64,000 nt of DNA from a virus (IMGVR_UViG_3300033388_005412:64001-128000), one strand, 5' to 3'; positions 38,901 to 47,126 are shown, counted from the first letter of the stretch. The notes: a model not told the origin generated them from the letters alone. A program made the numbers and translations.

Positions 38901-41537
38901 CGGATCTCCTTCCGCAAAAAAATGAACTGGATCAGAATCACCCCTTGGGATTATACTATATCCCCCGGGTTTAAGTTCCGGCCTGAGAATTTCCATACTA
39001 GACTCAACTCTATGAAATGGCTCTGTGAACATTTTCATCCCTTTTGTGTATACAGACTCGACAGCTAATTTCATGTCTTTGTCATAATTTTTTAACATGC
39101 CGCTAACATCCTTCACAAAATCCGGAGTAGCTTTTTGACCAGCAGCATCATAATTAGCCTCAAAAATATGCCTTGTCAGCCAAACCCTCAAAGATGACGC
39201 CTGCTGCTCATTCATTAAACCCTTATTCATCATGGTTTCTGTTAAACTATTTAACGCGACTGATCCCGCGCCAGCTCCATTTTTAAGTAATTTACTTGCA
39301 GCTAAAAATTCCAGCATTTGTTCCCGACCGGACATAACATAACCGTCGGTTGTTTTTTTAGCAACACTTTTTAAAGTCCTATAATGAATATCATCTCGGG
39401 CATTATTCAACAAATGTTTAATATTATAATTTTTTAATAATCTCTCACCCTGAATATTAGCACCTTTTGCTAACTGAATCATACTAGCTTCTTTATCAAC
39501 ATTTTTAATTAATGCTTCCGGCGCCATGTCTATATCAACACCAATATTTCTCAAAATCTCAGGATTTCTAAATAATTTACTGGCTAATGTACTTGATTTT
39601 TTTAATGTTCTACGAATTGTTCTAATAAACGCGTCCCTCATTCCGGGTTTATTCGTTAACGCCGCATCTTCCAATGCCTTCAAACGCAATGGTGATTCTT
39701 GATGAAATACTTTATTCAAAACACCCTTTATATGACCAAAAACACCCGTTGTCGTGAACTTCTTAATATCTAGTGTTTTAGCAAGAAATCCGCGAACACC
39801 ACCAATATCACTTTCTAAACTATATTGCTGCGCTTTCCTACCTTCTGCGCTAAGTCCCATTGCCCTATTTATAGCAACCTCACCAAATGCGTCTGATTCG
39901 CCACTTTGAAACATTTTAAATTTAACACCCTTAGGTGTAACCCGACGCAATAATGATCCGCCTTCCTGTAAAGGATTTTTTTGAACATTATAAAATGAGC
40001 CGTCAACAAATAAACCATAATGATCGGGCTGAACCTGATAAATACCACGGCCCCTTAAAATTTTATCAGATAAATTCTTAAATCCTTTGGTTTCAATCCC
40101 ACGGCCTACCGCAAATGAATCACCTGGTTTCAACAAACGAAATGTCGGAGAATATGCCGCAATTGTATCCATTTTAAATAAACCGGGTATGCTAATATTC
40201 GTTCCTCCAACATGAAGTCTACCAAAATCAACTAAAAAATTTAATGATCTATCTAAAACTCTTTTTGGATTAATATTCCGTAAATCAATAAGTCCGTGGG
40301 CCCCCTTATAAATGCCCTTATCATAAAGAGGAATTCCCCTTTTGCTCATATGTCTCAATTGTTTTTCCCACACAACAGCGTCACGGGATCCCTTTGTTAT
40401 ATTATGTATCGCTTTATCCGATAAAATAGCCGGTCTTAGATTAAGAGCTTTCTCAAGCATATTCATTTTAGGATGCCCTTTATACCCTTTAATTGCTCTG
40501 CTGAATATACCCAGTTTCTTACGACCCGGCATTCCAGCAGCATCAAGTCCTGATATAACAGTACTCGCATATCCGGTCACTGATGGTTTGAACTCAGAAA
40601 CCCGCCTATATGCCCCTTTAAAGGCTTTTTTAGCTATATCCATGGATTTACCAGGCCTGCGCACTAAAGTCCCTAATCCAGCGTATTTGAGAGCACCAAA
40701 GAAGCTTCCAACCCCAGCCGAAATACCATATATACTGGGAATCTTATTTGCTATTTTACCTAAAACTGATGGCGCTAATTTTCCCATACCAGATAGTTCA
40801 GCACCGCCAACTATTGCGGCCCCACCAACCTCTTTGGTAAATCGAAAAGCGCCGCCTAAATTATTCATAGTCAGCAGCACCGGAAGTGTCTGTGCTGTGA
40901 ATTTTACATAATCTTTAACATGTCCAGGAAGATTATACCATGCCGGGGCATCGGCTTTTTCTCGGGCACCCGCAAATCCTAATAACTTATTAGCAAAATA
41001 TAGTGATGTTGTTGACTTCACTAATCTATTTGTATCATTAACAACTTTTCCGGTTAATCTATTACTTAAATTGTCAGGCTTCCAGAAATCTTTAATTCTA
41101 TCTCTTTCATACCGGGACACCCGCTGTGTTATTTTTCTGATATTACCATGATCACCCAATTTAAATTTCTTCTGATTTGCTTTGATCCTTGCCCAATGTT
41201 TTGTCCACTTTTCATACGCCGATGATTTTGCCGCCGTGGCTGATGTTATCTTACTTGTTAACGCTGTGTGTTCTTTTGCTACATCAGATATTAAACTTCC
41301 AATTGTGCCGCCCTTGCTGATCACCTTTTTTATAAGTGATCCACCAATACCGGCCAATGCTTTACCGCCTATTTGAACGGCTCCCATGGCTGCCATAAAA
41401 ACACCCATGTTTTTAGCAAAACCTAAAAGTGTTTTGCCTATTGAATTACCTTGTTTCTGTCGCGGGTCGCCAGAATATTGTGTTGCCGCCTTCCGCTCGT
41501 AGGGATCCTGATAAATTGTTTGTAACCCACCGGCCAT
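32982..41537 (-). CDS. Tape-measure-like giant tail protein with two inteins (2851-aa precursor, 1975 aa spliced)
   Basis: Directly after the tail chaperones; Gly-rich hydrophobic segments; two Hint/LAGLIDADG inserts. Confidence 0.7.
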   Translation of the reverse strand: MAGGLQTIYQDPYERKAATQYSGDPRQKQGNSIGKTLLGFAKNMGVFMAAMGAVQIGGKALAGIGGSLIKKVISKGGTIGSLISDVAKEHTALTSKITSATAAKSSAYEKWTKHWARIKANQKKFKLGDHGNIRKITQRVSRYERDRIKDFWKPDNLSNRLTGKVVNDTNRLVKSTTSLYFANKLLGFAGAREKADAPAWYNLPGHVKDYVKFTAQTLPVLLTMNNLGGAFRFTKEVGGAAIVGGAELSGMGKLAPSVLGKIANKIPSIYGISAGVGSFFGALKYAGLGTLVRRPGKSMDIAKKAFKGAYRRVSEFKPSVTGYASTVISGLDAAGMPGRKKLGIFSRAIKGYKGHPKMNMLEKALNLRPAILSDKAIHNITKGSRDAVVWEKQLRHMSKRGIPLYDKGIYKGAHGLIDLRNINPKRVLDRSLNFLVDFGRLHVGGTNISIPGLFKMDTIAAYSPTFRLLKPGDSFAVGRGIETKGFKNLSDKILRGRGIYQVQPDHYGLFVDGSFYNVQKNPLQEGGSLLRRVTPKGVKFKMFQSGESDAFGEVAINRAMGLSAEGRKAQQYSLESDIGGVRGFLAKTLDIKKFTTTGVFGHIKGVLNKVFHQESPLRLKALEDAALTNKPGMRDAFIRTIRRTLKKSSTLASKLFRNPEILRNIGVDIDMAPEALIKNVDKEASMIQLAKGANIQGERLLKNYNIKHLLNNARDDIHYRTLKSVAKKTTDGYVMSGREQMLEFLAASKLLKNGAGAGSVALNSLTETMMNKGLMNEQQASSLRVWLTRHIFEANYDAAGQKATPDFVKDVSGMLKNYDKDMKLAVESVYTKGMKMFTEPFHRVESSMEILRPELKPGGYSIIPRGDSDPVHFFAEGDPSDVTSLYGFWPGIGEKSSLFNNVFSEAAINRSARLFEWFGLGLDPKAYKTGADLFTRGVMMKRVLPIAGAINAWDIADKLTDQNPLFDGTVFDEGLNTAIAEQGVKGRMLFARVNDDLGITDSAKYAEGLMPGFIDSPFMRAMRGAVVPIAAGAKIGGIWGGPAGAGYGMLMGIGLGATQGFGAFDITKSQDELEEIYSGREEVPYRKGRWWLLSSGQWKGNRTQMFTPNWFARTKSKYKSTPEGLGNPLEQLLYKPLPILDFNPLGYVLGGSRRYAFRHYYSQPFPMTGVPFSEFPIIGPTLAATVGRTILPPREMHKEEVDRALSSMGYAGRGHGDISAFKGGAVTIGGGDNPLIPGTAEMRGVAPMSASGVKSTIDKQLYNLTEYMGLWGFGAETMSKKMLGFARTFEDNPVLASSNDITSFRRAFWDQNMGDPTGACFLSDTDISTDNGLKKIIDVNVGDKVLSLDGELHNVVDKIHKKASDLYKMKLATINTELIGTSKHHIPIFKRTRCIDSSHKNTRPCIPGNKAKCLFCSRRNSKIEVCDTNIKDIKPGDYCVVPIVKPKGKEYVIDLSKYTDRYHDNEFMYSNNIKNKQRYISYIKARKLLSSNFYTRKELRDHGISDKIAKDAIREHRRGVTIYKFNRYVKIDESISYLLGWYAAEGYVEKGGRVSFVMNKNEIAYAKQILEIVRIKFGSFGTLKVKNNTLILRIQCIPLSILATQLCGKRAENKKIDYIIKSSSKKIVSEFFKGVQLGDGYSNIKKAGFHSCSSNFVKDVFDIGLILGFYGNLVLNYHDKGGGLLPQGTIRKPGISSYIHWNKQSSIGIYNLLYDKSMDISDFKNGNSFIYDNKLFIKVKKVEQLNDKNVDVYDLQIQDLNYYVAEGIAVHNTELWRRLVPRPRGMSGEIETVNPICLTEDSMIVTKNMKVVEIQDIQKGANVFGFDYTKVIKKSSRLVNEKVYKIRLYNNFENVWLTHNHPLYVIKTKFCHSHPERNIVCVKNRLYKSCGTCGYNTFNEKRYKTRQQYRDYKPEWKNIEDISKYDFVGYPILKTDECYQTLDCDDFMSEYYNRNDGDKIWKYNGQGCGKRYNRFIELDYNFGFICGLYLSEGSSSSKGHVVKFALHKDERNTLALDILKWFKNKNIKGNIYKASLNGIEIDIYSTFYNKLFSKLFGSGAKNKYIDDFILYHFPKEFILGLFHGHFEGDGSIKSNVCAIKSSSPSLSLILSLRNLLLQFKCVSCVHLYKPTGSYHLTLLSEYEEKLVKLLNENYGYKIKIKNKKLRNNKKSSWHRHFFEDDILFTMVTDVQTKHYNGNVYDIQVEKGESFTTPFMLLHNCNRMPSWMTQKYKTGNPFSKIPMGELLLPGLGHETAFDINFTWPAMGEMMGMSVPDVTRMFLGLYPKRGLERATSELDRKNREIMAGANVYDAYNNISGAHDGIIRGTRGKSVQKIKNLSDSELNSFIGPTEQDISEINFYMKQTGTYEGNIQYQWRGKPVAMHPATYSEKRYDRDIAAVRQARHMAGELYSRGLGFGTEGYSHIDRLNILANTGPYSPEYKQELDIVKAQMMGGYDHEDRLNKILKKRKAIMMKEELFPYRFRGKVLTPDSEYNNMSLNEDIKAASEYSLPERFMGSVWETVSHADLPFSRKFFPYRTPLEAYKRDMLYGRSVKMWSEPYDHWIDAYSRGFMSKTTAFQGSIPGAWAGTLVGGPGLGTAAGAAVGAAYGLVHGVVNDVTGSTYIPASVRKGREINRYFDQLTYTKNNMLYQMTGDEQYLDEARGTMMGLLPSDKSGKGWTYMYRATPPQEKQHIVSFLQTTDPEERDNILKYVPAETGHLLETKWNAIDGRAIDMVVSKQQVSPMPHPNSAVYAPEVPIDDVKLVTVENEGLQSHDFGLGHYRQARRVANSPGIMPINMENPTGGIAYTPTQNYMEIKRTIEIALDRAGVHGSISLTPSLGGSNRVMVYNT
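34881..36149 (-). mobile_element. Intein with LAGLIDADG homing endonuclease, 423 aa
   Basis: NPI|CLTEDS...VYDIQVEKGESFTTPFMLLHN|C; ICGLYLSEGS and GHFEGDGS motifs; AT-rich relative to the flanks. Confidence 0.92.
36222..37580 (-). mobile_element. Intein with LAGLIDADG homing endonuclease, 453 aa
   Basis: TGA|CFLSDT...VYDLQIQDLNYYVAEGIAVHN|T; LLGWYAAEGY and GVQLGDGY motifs. Confidence 0.93.
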
Positions 41538-41542
41538 TTACA

Positions 41543-42205
41543 TCATCCCCTGTTATTTTTTATTTTACGCCATTCATTCTGTAATGCGATAGTTGATTCC
41601 TCAATTGAAATATTACTTAATTCGTCATTTGATAATCTTTTGACTTTTTTATCATGAACATATTTATTCGGTATTGTTTTACTACTTTTTACACTTCCTG
41701 TTTTATTATTTTTAGATGATTTTTTAGGCGTACCAATTAATCTTATACCGGACATTTCTTCGCACAAATAAACTAATTTAAAAAAATCAAAAGGTGATAA
41801 TTTTTTCAAACTTTTAAATGTATATCCCGGGAAATTTTTAATTATATGTGTCGACCAAATAAAAAAATCATCACGCTGTAAATCTTTAACAGCATTTTTA
41901 CTTCTCAATAAAAGTTCCTTAAACCCATCAGGTTCAAAAATTTTTGTTGATTTTAAAACATATTCCGCTAGTGAATTACAGACACCTATTATTTCGTTTT
42001 CGGCGGCAAAATCAACCGGATATAAAATACAGTTATTTAAAACAAAGTTCTCAACCTTAACGGGATCATCATTATATTTTTGAATATCCTGGCTTTCGCC
42101 TATACTTAAAACTCTATATATGTAAATTTTTTTATTAATAACAACTTTATAAATTTCATACATGGTTTTCCATGCATCAATTTGTTTAGAACTAGGGGCA
42201 TTCAC
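41543..42205 (-). CDS. Tail assembly chaperone 2, extended paralog, 220 aa
   Basis: IDAWK..Y...IYIYRVLSIGE matches the upstream chaperone; immediately precedes the tape measure. Confidence 0.65.
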   Translation of the reverse strand: MNAPSSKQIDAWKTMYEIYKVVINKKIYIYRVLSIGESQDIQKYNDDPVKVENFVLNNCILYPVDFAAENEIIGVCNSLAEYVLKSTKIFEPDGFKELLLRSKNAVKDLQRDDFFIWSTHIIKNFPGYTFKSLKKLSPFDFFKLVYLCEEMSGIRLIGTPKKSSKNNKTGSVKSSKTIPNKYVHDKKVKRLSNDELSNISIEESTIALQNEWRKIKNNRG

Positions 42206-42247
42206 ATATATCCTCCTGAAAATATTGTTATACTTTTATGTATATAA

Positions 42248-42583
42248 TTATAAGGCGATAGGTTCCTCGTCAACGACAAAACCGGATGCGTTGGAAATGT
42301 ATGTCGCCAATACTGCTGGTGCTCCGGCAGGCATATCCGCAACTTTAGCATTAGACGGATGCACTACACAAAGCTCAACCATACCATCTTCGAGTTTAGA
42401 TGCCGCGTCCGGTGATAAGCCCTGTTGAGGATTAGATACGCCCATTACTTCGTGCTGCAGCGCTTCAAACTCACCTCGTTTCAAAGACCTGTAAACATAC
42501 GTTCCACCCGCGATTTGACATTTGAAAACCTGACCATACTGTTTCTTCCACGCATCAACTGTTTCCTGTTTCAACTCTTCCAT
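42248..42583 (-). CDS. Tail assembly chaperone 1, 111 aa
   Basis: VDAWKKQYGQVF...YVYRSLKRGEF...LCVVHP; position between tube genes and tape measure. Confidence 0.7.
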   Translation of the reverse strand: MEELKQETVDAWKKQYGQVFKCQIAGGTYVYRSLKRGEFEALQHEVMGVSNPQQGLSPDAASKLEDGMVELCVVHPSNAKVADMPAGAPAVLATYISNASGFVVDEEPIAL

Positions 42584-42605
42584 TTTTCCTCCTACATAAA
42601 AAGAC

Positions 42606-43607
42606 TCAGGTTAAAAGTTTCTTCAACCATGACTCTTTTCTCTTACCATCTTTTTTACTTATAGCTTTTTTCTCGTCCTCAGCCGCCAACTGATCTTCGG
42701 CGATCTGGGCCGGTGTCCTCTTGGCTTTTTTTTGAGCCTCATCAGCTATATCTTCAATAATATTTCTTTTACCGAATATTTTTATAGGTATATTTTCATT
42801 ACACGTTTCGGCGAAAAAAGCGTACATCTCGGCGATCGGGTCGCCGGTCGGCTCGCATACTTTAGATACCGACGTTATATGAACATTATTTAACGTTTCA
42901 ACTGTGCCGCCGCGGAATTCTTCACTCACATCACCATATGTTATTGTTATATCAAATCCTCTATTTATGATATTCCCATATTTGGTGTTTAAATAACCCC
43001 ACTTATCTGCCCTGCGTGGATTACCCTTTTCTTTCTCAGAAAATGCTAATTCGGCCGTACCTTCCCGCTCTTCCAGTAATTGCTCAATAGTTGTGATTTT
43101 TGCGGGATTTTCTTTTTTATAATTTTCTAAAATAGTTGTCAAATATCCCGTTTCCTTAAACGCAATAGCAAACTGGCCCTGAACAATTGTTGTTCCTCTT
43201 GTAACCGCATCGAAAGTTTCACTCATGTACCCATAAATCGGCGATTTATTATTTGTGAGATTATATTGAAGTGTAATTATATCATCAACCCACATACTTC
43301 CTATAAAGATCCCGACATCGGCGCCGGCATAATAATCTTCCCAATATCCTAATTTTTTATTTTTTTCTCGTTTTAATAACTCTTTAACGATATCTTCATT
43401 TATCTGTTTATTAGACGGGGGTATTAAACTTTTATTATATTCTTGAACAGATTGACGTAGTCTTAATACTTTATCTTTAGCTAATGAATATGGTAATCCC
43501 GCAATAATAAGTTCCTCATCGGCAGGAGGAAACCCCTGATCCATATTGTAATGTATTACACCATCTTCAGCAATATATTTACTCACATAATATGTATCTT
43601 CAGCCAT
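42606..43607 (-). CDS. Tail-tube-fold paralog (possible tube initiator), 333 aa
   Basis: YAGADVGIFIG...LQYNLTNNKSPIYGY...TRGTTIVQGQF and FDITITYG align with the tube genes. Confidence 0.65.
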   Translation of the reverse strand: MAEDTYYVSKYIAEDGVIHYNMDQGFPPADEELIIAGLPYSLAKDKVLRLRQSVQEYNKSLIPPSNKQINEDIVKELLKREKNKKLGYWEDYYAGADVGIFIGSMWVDDIITLQYNLTNNKSPIYGYMSETFDAVTRGTTIVQGQFAIAFKETGYLTTILENYKKENPAKITTIEQLLEEREGTAELAFSEKEKGNPRRADKWGYLNTKYGNIINRGFDITITYGDVSEEFRGGTVETLNNVHITSVSKVCEPTGDPIAEMYAFFAETCNENIPIKIFGKRNIIEDIADEAQKKAKRTPAQIAEDQLAAEDEKKAISKKDGKRKESWLKKLLT

Positions 43608-43642
43608 GCATATAAATCTCCTTAAATAATCACACCAATCGC

Positions 43643-43679
43643 CCTATATATAATATAATATTTACTAACATTTTATCAA
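43643..43679 (-). promoter_or_regulatory. Putative late promoter, copy 5
   Basis: TTGATA-N18-TATTATATATAGG; shares TTGATAAAATG with copy 1. Confidence 0.65.
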
Positions 43680-43696
43680 TTTTGGCCGCATGTTTT

Positions 43697-43987
43697 TCAA
43701 ATACCTAATTTTTGAAATCCAACTTCATCAGAAACATTCATCGTCCAAAGATGTTCAAAATAATCTCTGTTTTTTGTATCTTCAACAATTTTAGTATCTT
43801 CCCTTTCAAAAGTTCCACCACAAACATAATGGCCGAGTGGGTGTTTATGATAAAATGTTATGTGTGTTTCAGTTACACTTTTTATCTTGAAAAACACTTG
43901 TGCATATGTGATAATATATTTGTAATATAAGCCAGCTTTAAAATTTTTAATACCTATGTGCTCTCCGGAACACTTATCACAAACCAA
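43697..43987 (-). CDS. Hypothetical protein, 96 aa, N-terminal CDKC
   Basis: 3 nt downstream of the 145-aa ORF. Confidence 0.55.
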   Translation of the reverse strand: MVCDKCSGEHIGIKNFKAGLYYKYIITYAQVFFKIKSVTETHITFYHKHPLGHYVCGGTFEREDTKIVEDTKNRDYFEHLWTMNVSDEVGFQKLGI

Positions 43988-43990
43988 TTT

Positions 43991-44428
43991 TCACATCCAT
44001 GGTGTCACATCATCACCTAAACACATAAATGTAACTAATATTTTATCATCTTCTTTAAAATAATCAATAATGTTAACATTCTTCATCTGGCAGCGAAGTT
44101 TTTCACCTCGTTCATTAACAGCATACATCACAATTACCGGATTTGTCACAGACTCACACCATCCCACATGCTGACTAAATACATCAGACAACATTTTGGC
44201 CGTTTTTTCATCACAATAACCTTCACCATATACTACACTCGCAAAACGATAAACATTGCTTGGATCTTTTTTACCAAATTCATATCTAGGAATTTTACCA
44301 GCATAAACTTCACATTTACATTTCTCAAATTCACACATTTTCTTACCATCAAAACAAACATCAGCAGTCCTGTTTGTCCAATCAGAACATAATTTTAGTT
44401 CAATACAATCTTTTTGCGATACTTTCAT
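43991..44428 (-). CDS. Minimal divergent tail-tube paralog, 145 aa
   Basis: KIPRYEFGKKDP, AVNERGE and VTPW match KAPIYTMGSPDP, AANEYGQ and VTPW of the main tube; AGGAG RBS. Confidence 0.6.
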   Translation of the reverse strand: MKVSQKDCIELKLCSDWTNRTADVCFDGKKMCEFEKCKCEVYAGKIPRYEFGKKDPSNVYRFASVVYGEGYCDEKTAKMLSDVFSQHVGWCESVTNPVIVMYAVNERGEKLRCQMKNVNIIDYFKEDDKILVTFMCLGDDVTPWM

Positions 44429-44468
44429 TTTTCATCTCCTAATATTTAATCATATTTTATCTTGATAA

Positions 44469-44497
44469 ATATTACAAAAATAAAAACTACCTGTCAA
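44469..44497 (-). promoter_or_regulatory. Sigma70-like promoter
   Basis: TTGACA-N17-TAATAT with TG directly before the -10 element, in an intergenic gap. Confidence 0.6.
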
Positions 44498-44521
44498 GTA
44501 GCAAAAAGTTGAAAACAAAAA

Positions 44522-46438
44522 TTATTGATTAACAAGGTACTGATAATTGAACGGAGTATTTCCATTTAATCCAGCAACTGTCTGTTCCCGACGAGAACCT
44601 GTAAAAATAGCGCCGGTCGGAATACCACCCTCTGATCCTTTCCTCTCCATCAAGTCTATATCCATAGCAACATATGACATTGTGTTTTCTGTATAGACAT
44701 CCTCGATAGAATGTGTTTGACCCTCGTCGGCGACTTGTATGCCGTATATGGCCATTGTTGATTCTAAACCGAATTCATTAACATAATTTAATATTATATC
44801 AAATGAAGGTAACTGATGCGCGATGACAACTTTTTTTGTCACATCACTTTTTGATTTTGATATGTCCCATAATGCACGCTGATTAAATACATTAAATATC
44901 ATTGATCCGGCGATTGTAATTGAATTATGAGATAAAAACATACCAAATAAATTATGATTATTATCGATCTCTAAATCATATGTTTTAAAAACTCCTATTT
45001 TTTTAATTTCTTTTATTTTAACCCATTTAAATTTCTCATAACAAGATGGTTTATATTTCCGTAAAAAATCAAAAATATGTTCACCTAATTTTTTCAACAT
45101 TTCATATGTAATTGTTTTTGAATTAAGTGTTGATATCCCAGCCCCAAATTTCTTTCTAATATTCAATTTATTATGTTCAATATAATCTCGCAAATCCTGA
45201 TATTTATATCCTAAATTATTCTTTAAAGATTCTAAAATATTTTCGTATCTTTCTTCTTTGCCAAAAATTCCAATTTCTGTTAAAAATCTATAATGATATT
45301 CCGCAGGTATAATAACATTATATGAATCATGTTTTCTTATAATACCCCATTTATTTTTCCTATTTTGTTCTTCATTTACCGGATTAAACCCTATATATGA
45401 ATATATACCCACTTTAGACAACAACTGCTTAATTTGAATAGCTAATTTATGGGAAGTTGTAGAATACGAAATTCTCACAGAATCATTTATTTTCTTTTTT
45501 CTAACATGTATAGTTCCGTCTGTTCCCCAAATTCTGTTCAAAAATAGTTGGGTTTGCGATATTGACATATTCATTAATAAATCAGGAACAGTTTTTTCAT
45601 ATGATTTTTTGCCATAAATTCCCAACGAACGTGTCCAAATAATGAATGGTTTGTAAATTCTTTGAGCCCAACCAGTTGATTTTTCACAATTATGAATTGT
45701 AATATTATAACAATTTCTATCAAATCTTTTATGATACGACAAATTATTTTTTAAACATTCATCTTCAATGTCCTTAACAATTTTCGCATCATAAACACCG
45801 GGTGTGAAAGAAAACCGCTTTTCTTTACCATTTTTATATAAACCAAATACACCATCACCAATTGAATATGCCATAAATTTTATATAATAATCAGGAATAT
45901 TGATATCATCATTAACTCCATAATCTAATGGGATCATTAATTCATCATTAACAATTAATTCAGAAACCGTTTTCCATCCTTCTTTAGTATAAACTAAATG
46001 TGTTTTAGTTAAATCCATTTTAGAACTATCTTGTAATAAAACAGAATAACATTCCTGTGAACCCTTATAAAATTTATTAGTGCACTTTTGGTATGAAACT
46101 TGATTGTTCTTCTCATCCAAAGATAAAATTTTATCACCAATAAAAATATCTTTTACTTTTTTATATCCTTTATCAGTATAAATAAGTTCATCACTAGCGA
46201 TACATCCTCTTGTAAATCCGCGAACTCTGTTACGCCCAAGTGTTCTGACGGCGCCCTTATCCTGATGTATACTGTAACTTAAAGTTGCTATATCTCCGAT
46301 GACAAAAATTTGATCTTTGCCTTCCCGATCCCGGCCGACACATACCGGGATAATATCGCAACCACTATATGTTGATCTCTCACGCCAGGGGGCTGTATCC
46401 AGACGAAAAAATGGTGTGTCGGCACCCCTGTTTTCCAT
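44522..46438 (-). CDS. Tail-tube paralog containing an intein (638-aa precursor, 211 aa spliced)
   Basis: Exteins TYSGCDI...LSYSIHQDKGAVRTLG...TRG + SITIAGSMIF...QLPSFDIILNYVNEFG align with the main tube. Confidence 0.8.
   Translation of the reverse strand: MENRGADTPFFRLDTAPWRERSTYSGCDIIPVCVGRDREGKDQIFVIGDIATLSYSIHQDKGAVRTLGRNRVRGFTRGCIASDELIYTDKGYKKVKDIFIGDKILSLDEKNNQVSYQKCTNKFYKGSQECYSVLLQDSSKMDLTKTHLVYTKEGWKTVSELIVNDELMIPLDYGVNDDINIPDYYIKFMAYSIGDGVFGLYKNGKEKRFSFTPGVYDAKIVKDIEDECLKNNLSYHKRFDRNCYNITIHNCEKSTGWAQRIYKPFIIWTRSLGIYGKKSYEKTVPDLLMNMSISQTQLFLNRIWGTDGTIHVRKKKINDSVRISYSTTSHKLAIQIKQLLSKVGIYSYIGFNPVNEEQNRKNKWGIIRKHDSYNVIIPAEYHYRFLTEIGIFGKEERYENILESLKNNLGYKYQDLRDYIEHNKLNIRKKFGAGISTLNSKTITYEMLKKLGEHIFDFLRKYKPSCYEKFKWVKIKEIKKIGVFKTYDLEIDNNHNLFGMFLSHNSITIAGSMIFNVFNQRALWDISKSKSDVTKKVVIAHQLPSFDIILNYVNEFGLESTMAIYGIQVADEGQTHSIEDVYTENTMSYVAMDIDLMERKGSEGGIPTGAIFTGSRREQTVAGLNGNTPFNYQYLVNQ
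44924..46204 (-). mobile_element. Intein with LAGLIDADG homing endonuclease, 427 aa
   Basis: TRG|CIASDELIYT...TYDLEIDNNHNLFGMFLSHN|S; MAYSIGDG and NRIWGTDG motifs. Confidence 0.92.
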
Positions 46439-46442
46439 CTAA

Positions 46443-47126
46443 TTATACTGCTGGAATATCAGTCGCGGGATTGGTTCCCTGTTGAATCCACGGAGTTACC
46501 AGCCTGGCAATATATGTCATCTGAACCTCGTTTGATGTATCATCAATCGATATCCCGGAACCCTCATTCAGAATCTCAATAGCAAAAACCCTCATCATTG
46601 AACCCTGACCATATTCGTTGGCCGCGGCCATTGTACTGTCAAAAGGCAATAACTGATCCGCAAACATGGGCTTTGCCTGAACCGATAACGACCCGGGATT
46701 AACCGCTGTCGTATCAGGTAGTGTGGTTAAAGTTCCAATATCAGATACATTAACACCCTGAATGGCCTCTTCAATTGCACCCGTAGCAAGTGATATTGCT
46801 GGATCAGCTGCAACATATGGATTCGCAATTGATGTTTCTATGCTACCACGTTTAGCCGCAAAAACAGAACCCGCCATAAAATCACCAAGACAATGACGAT
46901 CAAATGTTGTCATTATCATGCTTCCGGCGATACCTCTTTTTGATCTCGCAATTGCCCGCGGATCAGGAGAGCCCATTGTATAAATCGGCGCCTTCTGCCT
47001 CGTTATACTGTATGAAATACCCTGAATCGTTGAAATAATACTATCATTAAATACAGAAAATATGTCCGTTCCTGTATGAACACTATATGTTTCTGTGTAT
47101 GACGATGTTCCTAAACTTGAACCCAT
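46443..47126 (-). CDS. Major tail tube protein, 227 aa
   Basis: Immediately after the sheath with AAGGAGGTG RBS; ISYSITRQKAPIYTMG...RGIAGSM. Confidence 0.75.
   Translation of the reverse strand: MGSSLGTSSYTETYSVHTGTDIFSVFNDSIISTIQGISYSITRQKAPIYTMGSPDPRAIARSKRGIAGSMIMTTFDRHCLGDFMAGSVFAAKRGSIETSIANPYVAADPAISLATGAIEEAIQGVNVSDIGTLTTLPDTTAVNPGSLSVQAKPMFADQLLPFDSTMAAANEYGQGSMMRVFAIEILNEGSGISIDDTSNEVQMTYIARLVTPWIQQGTNPATDIPAV

Noticed and set aside
42200-42260. Lambda-style G/GT chaperone frameshift
   Set aside because: The second ORF has its own strong RBS and repeats the chaperone domain; no convincing slippery site
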